Assembly: GCF_036321535.1 (NCBI RefSeq)
Contig: NC_087436.1
Span: 47,556,001-47,620,000 of the forward strand
Source: Camelus dromedarius
Lineage: Eukaryota
Reading direction: 5' to 3'
Length of the DNA: 64,000 bases
Positions 26,286-39,250 of this stretch are shown here, piece by piece; the stretch's first letter is position 1, and every line of letters starts with the position of its first letter. A program made the position numbers and the translations under genes. The notes under the pieces are model-generated. The model saw only the letters and a list, made by a program, of their open reading frames with translations. It searched no databases and had not been told where the DNA came from.

Positions 26286-29147
26286 CACCCTGCTGTATGC
26301 CAGAGTCCTGGCAATAATTCTGTTACCTTTCATCAACCACCACATTATCCTTTATTGTTGTCTGAAGGTTGGAGCTCTATTGTTTTCAGAGCTGCTTTGT
26401 ACATTGGTGCCCTGAGCATCATTCTGAGTTTAGATGACAAAATGACAGATTTGTTAAATTAGCACTGCAGATGTTTAGATAAAGACAAATGGAAAACTCA
26501 ACAAACCATATTCTTGCTTCACAAAAGTATTTGATGAATTAGTTTTTCAAAAGTATAGATTTTGGTCATGAAATGCCATTAAGAGAAACTGGGCTTGTTG
26601 AAATGTAAGGTGGGGGCAGGGCACATAGTTGACAATATCTTATGTAAAAGTTTCACGTGGTTATTTTAGAAAAAGCAAGAGGCAAGTAAAATGGAAGGAA
26701 AAGAAACAAGGGAAGGTTCAATTAAACACATTTTTACTTGTGAAATAGATTGTTTAAATCAATACAGCTTTTAAATTTGACTGTATTTGGCAATATTTGG
26801 AACTTTCAAGTCTCATAGAAAGTGACTCTAAATGGAAGGCCCTTTAATTGTATGGAGAGGCAGCAGTCCTGTATTAACAGATACTCAGGGAAGTATGTTC
26901 TCCTGCTGATGGTGGTGTTTAATATGCATCAGTCTTTGCTCTGCATAGCACTCACTTTTTCCCAGAGCAAAGCAGTTTATCACATGGGTCTACTGAAATT
27001 CCAGCTTGCCATTCTGGGCACTGGCGAGGTCCTGACCATATGTTCAAAAATGAAAAAGATCAAAGAGCTAACAAGTAGTGGTCAACATGCCTCTAGTCAG
27101 TACAAAAGAAGAAATAAAACAGGGCAGCAGCCTTCATTTCAGCAACTATGCTAGAAAGAGCCCCAAATCACTACCACACCAGGAACTGCAAGTAACGCTG
27201 GGAACAGAGACTATTAAAACATGCAATAGGTCTGTTTCAAAACACGAAAAGCAAAAAACAAACAAGCAAAAAATCCACCCTAAATAAACTCAGTGTTCTT
27301 AGGCACACCATTTAGCAACATCTTGTTTATTTTTCATTTTTTTGTACTAAGCTTAAAGAGCTTTCACAGATTGTTTATTTTGAACTCATGCAAATGGGGC
27401 AAATCATTGGAGCTTTAAGACATAGAGAGCCACAGGACTTTGGTCCAGCTTGTTTCATTGGAACAGAAGGAGTGTTGACAATTAAACACAATGTTTTATT
27501 TTCTGGGTCTCACTCTCTTAACATCTGCCTAAAGTCTGCTACCTATAAAGAGGTGCTCAGCTGCTCTGTGATGCTCTGTCACTTTCTAGGAATCAGGCCT
27601 CTAGGGAGTGATAACTTATGCCATAGAGTAGGCTCTCCCAGTCCATGATTTTCTTGGTCTCTCTTGTTGCATTTTTCAAGAATACAACTGAGAGTGAATG
27701 ATTACAAAGGAGCACCACAATGACGTAGTAAATGATGTGGCAAAGAACTAACAGTGGAAAGGTTAAATAGAACAGAGTGTGAGTTGGACAGAATGCAAAG
27801 CTGCTTTCAATCTCTCTGATTTAAATATTCCTCAGCTGCCCAATTTTGGAGGAACAATGTCGAAAATAAACAGCTGAAAGAGTGACTTGGGGGTTACTGG
27901 AGAAGAGGAGAGAGGGTGAGGGCAGGGGAGATTTTTCATGCATGCATGGATCTGAAGTCAGTGTGACAGGCAGAAAAGGTGGTGAGTGCCAGAGTTCTCT
28001 GCCCACCCACCCCGATCTGGAAGAAAGTCAGGGAGCTACATGGTTTTGTGAATTTCTCAAGTGCCTTTGGAGATAATAGGTCTGTTAGGAATAGCGACTT
28101 GTTACAGATGTGTGCTTCTATCCCACACTGGCCACAAGAACTTAGCAGCACAGAGGAAAGGATCATAACAAACTCATACCAAATGGCAGCTTGTATTCTT
28201 TTAGAGGCAGAGCTACAGCCATTCACTCATTTATTAATCCTGTCCACTTTTATTGATCACTTGATAAGGGAAGGCACCGAGTCCGGTTTTGGGAGATGAA
28301 GACAGCTAGGACACCTTCCTGTCCCTGCCTGCTAGACTGCGTCCCTGCTGTACTAGACAGTGTGGCCCTGAGGCCACCTGGTCACTGGCCGTTGAGATGC
28401 ATTCACAGTTCTTTCCACCGGGTTCTGGTAGCAGCTCTTCTCCAGATGCTGCGCTTTTTGTGTGCTCCTACTCTATCATGTAGACTTTTTACTTCCTGAA
28501 ACACGAAAGATGAGAAAATAAAGCCTCATAGGTGCTAGCTCAGTAAAACCACCAGTTTCCAAAACACAGATTCAGATCCTGAGAAACTTTCTAAGGATTC
28601 ACATACAGCAGTCTGGTGAGGGGAAGAGCATTAGTTAGACCTCTGATATGAAGGCCTAGACATAGCTACTTTTCCTTTCAGAAAGGTGGTGACATTGGGA
28701 ACAACTCTATTCCCTTTTCCTGTGGGTTCTTAGACCATAAAATAGATATCACTGCCTCGGAATTAGAATAAATCACAGAAGTCCTCTTAAAATAGCAAAA
28801 TGTTAGATTTTGAGAGGCTCCAGTTCACTGAAGGTTGATAAATGGAATGTTCATTCCACCTTTCTAATTGAAATCCGTTTGGGGAAAGCATGCACACCCA
28901 CACTCAAGATTATCGAGCAGTGTTCTCCGGGATAATGGCTAAAGGTTTGCATCAAGTTGGTGGAATATCTCACTTTCCATATTAGTTTATCCTAAGTCTA
29001 GTCTCAGTCTCTTTGCTTTCCTGGCCCCGCTCACCGGGGTTGCCCTAACACATTCTCCTCCCACATCTCCCCACTGCTCCCCCAGAATAGTTCTCTGAGT
29101 CCCTTGTATTGTATGCATATTAGTCTGTCCCTCTCTAAGCTTCTGGA

Positions 29148-29454
29148 ACTGTGCTGCCCTTTATGGCAGCCACTGGCCACATGTGGTTATTAAATATTTG
29201 AAATATGGCATGTTCACATTGAGATATGCTGTAAATATAAATGCACACTGGATTTTGAATACTTACTACAAAAAAAGAATGTAAAATGTCTTAATTTTTT
29301 TTACTGACTACAAGTTGAAGTCCTGTTTTGAATCTATTGGCTTAAATAATATATATTCTTAAATTAATTCCATCTTTTTCTTCTTTTACAATGTGGCTAC
29401 TAGAAAATTTAAAATGACATATGTGGCTTACAATATAGTGTATTAGTGGCACTG
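29148..29454 (+). mobile_element. MER33-like hAT-Charlie MITE
   Basis: gcagccactggccacatgtggttatt...tgagatatgctgtaaatataaa...aatgtggctactagaaaatttaaaatgacatatgtggct. Confidence 0.82.
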
Positions 29455-29499
29455 TCCTGGAGCACTTGGAGTCTGAAATAATTTACCATTGAATTAATT

Positions 29500-29960
29500 T
29501 TTGGTCAGGAGTCAGGATTTCTGGGTTGTAAAGAACAGGAATCACTCACATTTTGTCATGCCCATGTAAGGGATTGTTGTGAAAACATGGAGATAGAAGA
29601 AACGAATCACAATCAGGCCTCATGAGAATAGAAGCAAAATGAAAAAATACCAGGGATCCAGGCAGCTATGCGCACACTCTCTCTCCCCTTTTAAGGTTTT
29701 TGACCTCTGTTTTTATCTGTGTATCTGCTCTGTCCTCTGCTGTATGAACAAACTTGTTCATTGATTCTGTTTCCACGGGGCTTTTGCCTATGACGGTGTA
29801 AACTTTGGCTCTGATTCTCCATGAACTTTTAGTTCATCTCCCCATAGCTGGCTAGCTTGTGCTTATCAGCATCTCAGTTCCAAGACTGAAGGGAAATTGG
29901 ATTGACCCAGCTTTATTCAGATTTCTCTGTGACTCCCTGGAGACGTGGTCAACCAGATGG
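29500..29960 (-). mobile_element. Old MaLR LTR (degenerate)
   Basis: gtcaggatttctgggttgtaaagaacaggaatc...gattgacccagct resembles old MLT1 LTRs. Confidence 0.4.
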
Positions 29961-30539
29961 GCATAGTGCATCCTGGGACCATGGATAAGGTTAAGTTAAA
30001 AGTAGCTGGACAAGGCTGGCAAATTGAACAATTATGTATTTCCTGGCATTATTTGCTTACTGCTTTAGTTATCTTCCATTTTGCCCATATCATCAGCCTT
30101 TCTCCTTCTACTGGATCACTTCCATCAGCACACAAGCCTGCTGTAATCTCTTCTGTTCTCTGCAGCCAGCTAGTCTTGTCATTGCCCTTTCATGCTGCTA
30201 TAACTAACTCAGACTCGGACCTTATCTTCAGCTTTTGTAGCTCTTGTTTGATTCGATTCAACACTTCTACTGGTTGTATGGCATTGGGTACTGGGGGTAT
30301 CTGAGGGTACTAGAACAGAGCAAAGACCCATTCAAGAAAGCTGTGACTGCAAGTATAAATGCACGCTGTCTTCTTGACTTGCTGCAGGAAGTTCTGTAGA
30401 GTTTCAAATAAGCCCTTTTCATTTTACTGTGTTCTAATTTTTCAGTTGATTCTTGTCTTAGAAATAATTATGGTTTTGTGTTTTCATTTCGAATATTTAT
30501 AACTTTATTCTTTTTTTCCAGGTTATTCCATTGACAGTA

Positions 30540-30840
30540 TAGTTGATATGGACTTAAGTATTAGTAGGATCATGGCATCCTTGCCTTATTTCTGTCTTTA
30601 TTGAGATATTTGTTACAGCTGTTGGTAAATATCCTTTACAAAGTTAAGAGTTGTTCTCTTTTGTCATAACTGTGAATGACATTAATAAATTTTCCAATGA
30701 GTGTTCCCTGCTTTCTTGGATTAAAACTAATTTTTTCATAATGTATTATTCTGTTTTAGTTGGTTAACATTATATTTATTATTTTGCCTATAGGTTTGTA
30801 AATGAAATGTGACATAATTTTCATTTTTGATGCTGGTTTA
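30540..30840 (-). mobile_element. Old L1M ORF2 fragment
   Basis: ggcatccttgccttatttctg...aaatatcctttacaaagttaagag resembles degenerate antisense ORF2. Confidence 0.5.
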
Positions 30841-31639
30841 GTTATAGATATTACAGACAAAGTAAGTTTGAACAGAGGTCTGTGGAAGGTAAGTGAAGTA
30901 TGTATTAGGGAATAATTGTGTGTGTGTATCTCTTTCTAAAGGAAGTGGATTTATGAGAAATTGAGAAAGGTTGGAACTTGTATTCTGGAAGGCTTTGAAC
31001 ACATTTTAAAGAAGTTTATTCTTTGTTCTGTGGGGAAGTTACTAGAGTTTATGTAAAATAGAGACATAATTTGATTTGTGCTTTAAAAATTGGAGATGAA
31101 ATAAGTTTTACCTCAAGCAGAGTGACTGAATGTGAAAAATACAAAAAAGGGCAATTGGATTTAGAGCCACTGGATATCATGACCTTTAAGAGAACAGTAT
31201 AAGGAGAGTATCATGGGCATGAGAATGAATAGGACAGTGATTAAATAATTAGGAAATTTTGAAAGGAAGCTTCACAAAACACGTCTCATAGCATTGCAAA
31301 AATAATAGCCAGTTGTTGCCTTCCTAGGCAGACATTGATGTAAATTTAGCCATACAGGGAACTGAGGTGGTTATAAGGCAGAGCTGTATTTAATGATGCA
31401 GTGATGACACGCAGTAAAAGGAGGGGAATGGTGACAAATGTAATTTGTCCATCAAATGTTATCTCAGCAAGAAAGTAGTTTTTTTCACTGTACACAACTG
31501 ATTGATGCACTTGTGACTTATCACTAGAGAGTAAGCCTAAGAACATAAACCCAAGGTCATCAATTAAAGAGAAGTACTCCTTTCATTCCTTCATGGATGG
31601 TTTGTTCATCTCCACAGTTGCATCCCTTAAAAGCCTCTC

Positions 31640-32690
31640 TTTTTTCATGAAATAGAACACAGGTATAGAAAAATATATAAAACATAAATGCATATCTCAA
31701 TTAATCACAAAGTATAAATTTGTGTAACCATCATTTTGAACAAGAAACAGAACATTGTCAGCATCTCAGATGTTCTCCCTCCATCCAATTACTATACCAT
31801 CTCTGCCCCAAAGGGGACCACTATCCTTCCTTTATGGCAATCGTCTCTGATTTTATTTATAGAATGTTTAGTAAGGCATCTCTAAACAATATGGTCAATT
31901 TTCCCTTCCTTGAAGTTTATTTAAATGGAATTATACATTATATATTATTTTGTATCTGGCTTCTTAAACATTGTATTGTTAAGATTACCTCACATTGTTG
32001 AGTGTAGTTGTATGTTGTTTACTACATTAGTCCATTTATGAATATGCCAAATTTTTTTGTTCATTCTGTAGGTGATGGACTTAGTGCTCATGTGATTCTT
32101 GTATATGTCTCTTGAACCCATATATGCATGCATTTCAGTTAGGTAGGAGTGAAATCAGTTCATGGAGAATACCTATTCTCAACTCTAGTAGATAATAAAG
32201 GATTTTCCAAGGCAGCTGAACCCTCTTCTCAGGAACACCATAAAAGAGTTCCTGTTGGTCTGAATGCTTGCCAAAACTTGGAATGGTCAATCATTTAGAT
32301 TTTAGCTATGTGAAGGCTGTGCAGTGATAGTTTGTGTCATTTTAGTTTTCATTTTCCTGATTATAATGAAGTTGTGCATCTGTTTACATGTTTGTTGACC
32401 ATTTGGATATCCTGTTTCCAAAAATACCTGTTCAAGTTCTCTGGCCTCTTTTTCTGCTGGATTGTCTGCCTATCTTTGTTTTTTTCTCATTTGTTTCAAG
32501 AAGGTCCTTTTATATTAACTTATGAGACTTTTGACTGTTGTATATGTTAAAAATTTTTTTTCACCCTATGGTTTGCCTTTTAATTGCTTAAGGTTGCATT
32601 TTAATGAACAAATATTCTTAATTTTAATGTTAATGTGGGCCTGTTTTTCTTTAAGATTAGTGTTTTTTATCTTTTATTGTTTTCATTTTG
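31640..32690 (-). mobile_element. Old L1 (L1ME-like) 3' region
   Basis: caagaaacagaacattgtcagcatctcaga, aaatggaattatacattatatattattttgtatctggcttc, tgtttgttgaccatttggatatcctg. Confidence 0.78.
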
Positions 32691-32805
32691 TAATTTATTA
32701 TTTTTCCAGCTTTATTGAGGTATAATTGACATATGCCATTATGTACATTTAAAGTATACAATGTGTTGATTTGATGCATTTATGTATTGTGAAATGATTA
32801 CCACC
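32691..32805 (-). mobile_element. L1MA-type 3' terminus
   Basis: ccagctttattgaggtataattgaca...atttaaagtatacaatgtg...tattgtgaaatgattaccac. Confidence 0.75.
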
Positions 32806-32807
32806 TA

Positions 32808-33251
32808 AGACAAGAATCTGGGAGTAGACTGTCCATAAGGGAGGTAATCCCAGGAAGGATGACAGGAAATAAGAAAAGGAAGGGAGAAAAGTTAGTAAAG
32901 GATTCATCAATAAGTGGGGTTACTATGGTAAGCAATTGTGGATCGGTACTGTTCCAGAAAGAAACCAAGTATAACACATCTCAGAATCGTTCCATGAAAG
33001 ATGGGGATCCTGGGCCATTTAACCACCAGCAGTCATTCTTTATTGATTGAGAATTGCCCCTGGGATGTTGACTCTTCCATACTTCCAGGTTGTACCTGCT
33101 TATAGTGGAGTGCACTTCCAAAGAAAACGCTAAGGCAGAGAGGAAAAGAGAATAGGCAAGTGGGAAGGGAAGCTATCAGCATGCTATAAATTCTCTACCA
33201 TTGCTGTTGCTATGGGGGAAATGGATTAGAGAACCAACAGTGTCTCTTACA
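32808..33251 (-). mobile_element. ERVL LTR (LTR33-like), probable 3' LTR of the adjacent internal region
   Basis: gggaggtaatcccaggaag...ggaagggagaaaag...gattgagaattgcccctggg resembles antisense LTR33. It ends in ...taca (TG start on the minus strand). Confidence 0.55.
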
Positions 33252-34900
33252 GAGTATCTATTATGTTACCCAGATACATTCGTGCCCCATATGCTATTTT
33301 CCACTCTGTTATTGGCACTTGAGGGTGGTAGCTGGCCATCATTTCTTAATGATAAAATAAAACAAGCAAAAACCAAAACAAAAATCCTCCCAGAACACTT
33401 TTAATGGGAGTGTTAGTGGAATAAGCCACGGTCCTCATTGTTGAAACTGGTCCCAAGGTGATTGGTGGACCCATAGGTTACCTCTATCTCTGATATCCTG
33501 GCCGCTCTATTTATGAACTTGTTGTGCTAGCATGGGGGTGGCTAAGGACAAAAGCTGGTTTACCTTCACTGGATGAGTTATCTTGTTCCCCAGGATCTTC
33601 AGTGTCTCCTTTGCTGTAGATGCTCTCTGGTGGGCATGAACGTAAGGCAAAGATCCTGCATAATTTGTCTCCACTTCCATTGGTTTGTCCACATGCCTCA
33701 GACACTCTTGTCTTTTTCATCCTTTAAAGGCCTACAATGATATATTCTTTTTCTCTTTTTGGAAGGGCTATACTGGTTATCTAAATGTGGATATTACAGG
33801 AAACAACACCCCTGCATCTCTTGACTCTGAGATAGCAGTTGTATTTCCAAACAAGGATGTGATGTAGCTTTTGATTTACTATACTACATGTTGGGGACAG
33901 TATTAGGGGCTTCACTTGACCCTTTCCACTCTGATGGCTCTTACTCCATATGTTGAGAAATAATGTGACAGTTCTGAAAGTTGCTAAATATATCCATTCT
34001 GATTATGCACTCAGGGACTGGGGAAATCACTGAGTGGATCCATAGACTCTTTGAACCAATTACACTCAGTTTAATGTAATGTTAGTCTTATATGGAATTT
34101 TGTGTCCACTAGTATCAGTGTCAGCTCTGATTCTATATCTAGTAAGTTTCAAAAGATCTGAGTATTTCCTTTTCTCCTATGTAGTTATTCTGGAAAACGG
34201 CTGTAGGTTCCTTTTGGGCATAACATAATATACAATATATATTCTTGTTTTGGCTTGTAGCTGAGTGAGCTTCCAAGTAGAGTCCTTTCTCAGGACTTCC
34301 TTTCAGTTGAGTGGTTCAGAAACAGAGCTGGGTAAGGAACCATGGTTTTCCCATCTGGTGGTTGACATTGGTTTTTGCTCACCAGCACTTGATCTCTTAT
34401 GTTTATATAGGATGAGCAACATTTTCACTGACTGCTCATCTGTCTTGCCTCTGGGAACAAGACGGGGTCATATTTTAGCCATTGCCATAGATTCCAGTGG
34501 TCAAGGGCTCCTGACTGTCATTCTGGCCTTGCCACCCATTACAGTAATTACGTCCGTGTTGCCTCTAATTGTTGAGTGCTGAAACAGGGCCTTGGCTATT
34601 CTGAAATCATGTCGTACATACTGACATTAGAGGGCCCCATGGAAATCCCATGGAAGCATATCCTACTTTCACTCCTGGCCCACAGAAAACAGCCTCTTGA
34701 GTTTCTCAATGATGCCTTAGTGAAGGGAAGGTCTTTTAGTCCCTCCTGGGAGCACAGTTAACTGGTAGATTCTCTGGTCTCATATAATTCATCTACTCTA
34801 ATCTTTCTACTTCTGTGAAACCCCTGGCCCTTTTTTCAGTATTCCTCTATGGCAGTCTGGCACAGTGAGTCTAAAACTTTGATTATGAACTGGATCATTT
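33252..34900 (-). mobile_element. Decayed ERVL/MaLR-type internal region with gag, protease and RNase H/integrase remnants
   Basis: Minus strand ~34181-34092 gives HRRKGNTQIF*NLLDIESELTLILVDTKFH (ERVL protease HWGKGN.QTF.GLLDTGSELTLIPGDP). ORF 33507-33692 has YVHAHQRAS...ATPMLAQQVH. ~34660-34735 gives DLPFTKA/AVFCGPGVKVG, gag-like. Confidence 0.8.
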
Positions 34901-35524
34901 TTTTTTTATTCTGGTTAATAAATGTAAGCACTTCAAAGTTAATTGAAAAGTTGTTGACAGTCATGTTCAGCTTCCTCACATACATGATATATTTCTGTCT
35001 TATTATAAAATAAAAGACAATCTCATGCTTACTGAAATATGCTCAGTAATTATCCAAAGACATAAAAGACATGTTGGTATTTCTCTCTGTCTGCCTTTGT
35101 GTCTTATTTTTCCTCAGTCAAGTCACATTTTTCTTCCTATCCCTTTATTCCTTCTTTTTTTGTCTTTAAAGAAACATCTTATTTTTAAAAAGACTCCTTT
35201 GAATGAGATTGCAGTCAGCCTATATCCCCTACTCAAGAAAGCAAGAGCTTTCCAAACGAAAATGATAGAGGCTGTAGACCCAGCAAGTGAGACATCAGTG
35301 AGGGAGATGCACAGAAGTGGTGATAGCACTGATGCTCCTACTTCCTCAAGTCCTCTTGCTCCTTAACAGCTGTTTCCCTCCCCTCCCTGGGCAATACAAC
35401 TGACAAGGTGGAACAGGCTACAGGAGCATCTTACATGATATGATTTTAAAAAGCACTATAATTTCTCTTTTCTTTCTACTATTGTGTTATTAGTTTGCTT
35501 CTTGTCTGCAGCATGTAAATACCC

Positions 35525-36422
35525 AAGTCAGATCTTCTGCTGTGGGGCTCCAGATGCTACCCTTCTAGATTCACCACCACATTTGTGTCACTACAATTCT
35601 TTCAGAGTGCTCTCAACCAATGACTGAGCATGGGAAGTGTACCAAGGCAGGATCATTCCCATCTTCCAATGGGAAACTTTCCTTGGATTATACTGCAGTC
35701 CAAACTCTTGCAGCCCAATTCTCCTTCCTTCTTTCTATCCTTTATTATATGTCAGACCCCCATAATAGTTAGAAGGCTCTCCTTGCCTCCTTCTGCTTTC
35801 TTCCCCAACATATTACCTGCACGTTGTATTAGTCATATATTGCTGTGTAACAAATTATCCCAAAACTTACTGTTTTATAACAGCATGCACTTATTATCTC
35901 ACAGTTACTGTGGGTCAGGGATATATGGGTGTGGCTTGGCCAGGTCCTCTGCTTCAGGGTGTCTTATATGGCTGAAGTCAGAGTGTGAACCGGTGCTGAG
36001 TCTCCTCTGAAGTTCAACTACAGAAGGGTTTACAGGATTTAGTTTCTGTGGGCTGTTCTACTGAGGACTTCAGTTCATTTCTGACTGTTGGGTAGAGGCC
36101 TTCCTTAGTCCTTTGCCTCATAAGTGTTCCCACCATGATAGCTTGCTTCATCAAATCTAGAAAGAAAAAGAGAGACTTCTATAAAATGGAAGTCACAACA
36201 CTTGATAGCTTAATCACAGAAATGACATCTCATTACCTGTCCAGTTCTACTGGTTAAAAACAAGTCACTTGGCCAGCCCACACTTAAGGATTACACAAGC
36301 ATGAACACGAGGTGGGAATCACGGGTGGCTGTCTTAGAGACTGAATACCTTACACATCTAATACCGTCTTGATACATGCTTCCCAGAGAACTCATGCTCT
36401 TTAGAGGACCCAAACAAATACA
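35525..36422 (+). mobile_element. LTR16-like ERVL solo LTR split by an MLT1 insertion
   Basis: ctctcaaccaatgactgagcatgg...gaaggctctcc on the left. It resumes at ~36355 with catctaataccgtcttg...gcttcccagagaac...gaggacccaaacaaataca. Confidence 0.6.
35825..36354 (-). mobile_element. MaLR solo LTR (MLT1F/G-like)
   Basis: tgtattagtcatatattgctgtgtaacaaattatcccaaaactta...tctcacagttactgtgggtcagg...ggccagcccacactt. Confidence 0.8.
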
Positions 36423-37189
36423 CTTCTAAAAAAAATTCTAAACAAACAAACAAAAACCCCACCAACAACCAAAAAACCCCAAATTCTAAAAAACAGCTTT
36501 ACTTACTAGGATGTTTGAGTCTAACTAGGGGATAATCTTTCATCAAAAATGAAAAATTTTTTGTTGCTATTTTAATGTGTCTGGATAAAGGGAATTTAAA
36601 ACAGATTATTTTGTGTGAGATACGACATTCTGTTATGTTTACTGGCATAATGTTTTCTTCCTCAATAACTGCTACGTTTAGTAGACATTTCGTTTCTAGC
36701 ACTGGAAAGGAAAGATTACTTATGCACTATAAATTGATAGATTTTCATTCCATAACTGACTGTAAATGGAGTGGAACTCAAATTGAAACCACTATAGACA
36801 GGAGTACTATTTCCTTGGTCTGAGTAGGCCTGTAAGCATTATCCTTCTTTCTTTCTGCAAGTAAGATAATTTATTTCACATCAATTGCTCAAACAATTGC
36901 ATCTGAGCAATTCCTGCCATTGAGAGCAAACTCTTTAAGACTGGTGCATGGAAATATGGGTTGGCGGAGTTAAAAGACGGCATAAAGATGAAAACAACAC
37001 TATTACTTCATTTGTCATGACTCAGCACAGAACTAGCAAAAAATTAGTTTGCATCCTTACAATACCAGATTAATAGGAAATTGTTTTTATTTCAGAGAAA
37101 ATCTATTGTCACAGGAGGCTGGGAGAAACCACAAAAGTATTATTTTAGATTTTATGAACAGAAAAACCAAGACATATAGCACCAAAGTC

Positions 37190-37600
37190 ATTTCTTTTCT
37201 CTTAATAAACATGTGAATAGTAGAATGGAGAGCAGATTTATGCTCCAGCACCCTGACCAATCAACTGTTCTGTCTATTTTAATGCATCTATTCTGGATTT
37301 CAGAGTTACCTGAGGGAATTTGACAAGTTGGCCAGATTTCAGACAAAAATGACCAATGTATCAAAGAAACAAAGGCAAGAGCTGCAAAAAGGTAAGAACT
37401 AAGAAATAAAATCTAGATATAATTCCACAGGGATATGGGAATTTTTTTTTAAGCCTTGTCTGAAATAAAGGAGGAATGAAAAATTAAAATTGAGAAAAGA
37501 TAAATTCAGACTGACTATCCAATCCAAGGCAGGGGGTTGAGGATTATTAAAGGAAATAGTGAAAGTCCATTATATGAGACAATGAAAACCTAGACCAGCT
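37190..37600 (+). mobile_element. Ancient CR1/L3 LINE relic
   Basis: ttctgg...gagggaatttgacaagttggccagatttcaga encodes FW/YLREFDKLARFQTKMT, compared with CR1 FWSP..KKDIDKLERVQRRAT. Downstream agataaattcagactga resembles the L3 3' region. Confidence 0.5.
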
Positions 37601-39019
37601 GTGGGGTTCCAGAATGCACCCAAAGTAATCCTATCTGGGCTCCAGGGATAGCCTGACCTGGGTAGCAATTTCCAGCTTTAACTTAGAATCTCTATTATTA
37701 CATTAGTTTTGTGGGTTGGCTCCAGGCATAAAATAGTTTACAATGGTGACTGTCTATTATTTCCTGTAGTTGAATCCATATTTTTGTGGGCTGCCTTGTG
37801 TTCAGGGCTGCTAAAATCTTCTACCTGCTTCATAGCTCAGGGGAATCTAATAGAAGTTTTCATGCTGCAGTACGGACAGCTTGCAAAATAAAAAGCTTGC
37901 AAAGGGATATGTGGTATTCATGCCAAGGATATTCATCACTCATCATTACCTGTGGGTTCAGACTGATCCAGGAATGTCCTTGTTCAGAAATTCTTCCATG
38001 TGACCAAAAAACTCTCATATAGGATACAGCCTTTTTTTGTGAAGTGACAGACTTAGTGCTAAAGTGATAGGGAAAGAGCTCATGAGTTTGAATGAAAGTT
38101 TTGGTTAGCAGTGTATATGAAAGGTAGATGGGAGATGGGATTACTTTCCTTTCTTGAGGGTTTATATAGCCAGTTTATTATTATTGTGCAGAATTTTCCT
38201 TTGTTTTCTTAGAGTTTGAACTCAGGCCTTAATTCCTTAAAGCTCTATTTTGTTCTACTCAGTAGTAGACCAACTGGAAAGAATGGGTTACAGGTTTACA
38301 AGCTACTGTTGGTCTTAGCCCTCAAGGTAACTCAAGGGCAGCTGGAGCCCCTGAGACACTTACCTTGTACCGGAGATGAAGTGTCCATTTACCTCAGTGT
38401 TTGCCATGCATCTATTATCATGTAAGCATATTGTGTCACATGCAAGTTTGGGAAGCACTGCTTTTTCCTTTATGTAATCCTTCCAGATGACTTTGATTTC
38501 TAAAACATACAAAGAGAGGTCAAGAGTCATATATGTTATGCTTCCCTTTATTGACTATTTCCCACAATCTGCTTTCTTCTATTAGAGATGCTGCCTTGCA
38601 TCCATCCATACATAAAAATATACATGTCCACTTATGAGTCCTGAACATTCCTAATGATAATAAGTCTCCAATTTGACTTTATTCCAAAAGCTCTTCTTTA
38701 GCTAAAATGACTTACATCCTTGTTTAGGATGTAGTAGGAAAATAAAATGTTAGGTAGGAACTTTCAAGATCTAGCTTGACTTCCAGCTATTGGGAAAACC
38801 ATCTAACATCTCTGGACCTAATTTGTTTAAAAAAAATGATGATCTCCAAGGTCCTTTCAAGCATTATAAATGTATGACTCTATGGAAATGCTCAGTTTTG
38901 TCATGCTACCATCTAGTTATTACTGTTCTTGTAAATGATTCATGATCATACAACATATGAAAACACTGTAATATTAAAATAAATATTTTTATTTTAGACA
39001 GTGTTAGTGTCCATATTAT

Positions 39020-39250
39020 ATTCAGCACCTGAGCAAGTACTTCGTCTTATGCACTGTGCTTGTGCTGGGGATCCATAGCCCTTGCCCCTAAAAAGTTCAT
39101 CTTGTAGTGGTAACAGATAATAAGCAGAAAATGATGTTCCATGAGGTGAGGTTGATGATAGAGATAATGTCTACATTCAAGGTGCTTCATAAAGGCAGTG
39201 ATGGATGCAGCTTCCCAGAGGTGCCTTCAGTTCAACAAAGGGATATGAGG
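39020..39250 (-). mobile_element. L2 3' end fragment
   Basis: gcactgtgcttgtgctggggatcc...ccttgcccctaaaaagttcat. Confidence 0.55.

Noticed and set aside
34265..35366. Plus-strand ORFs of 105-113 aa
   Set aside because: They are antisense to or adjacent to decayed ERVL sequence, with no protein-like features.
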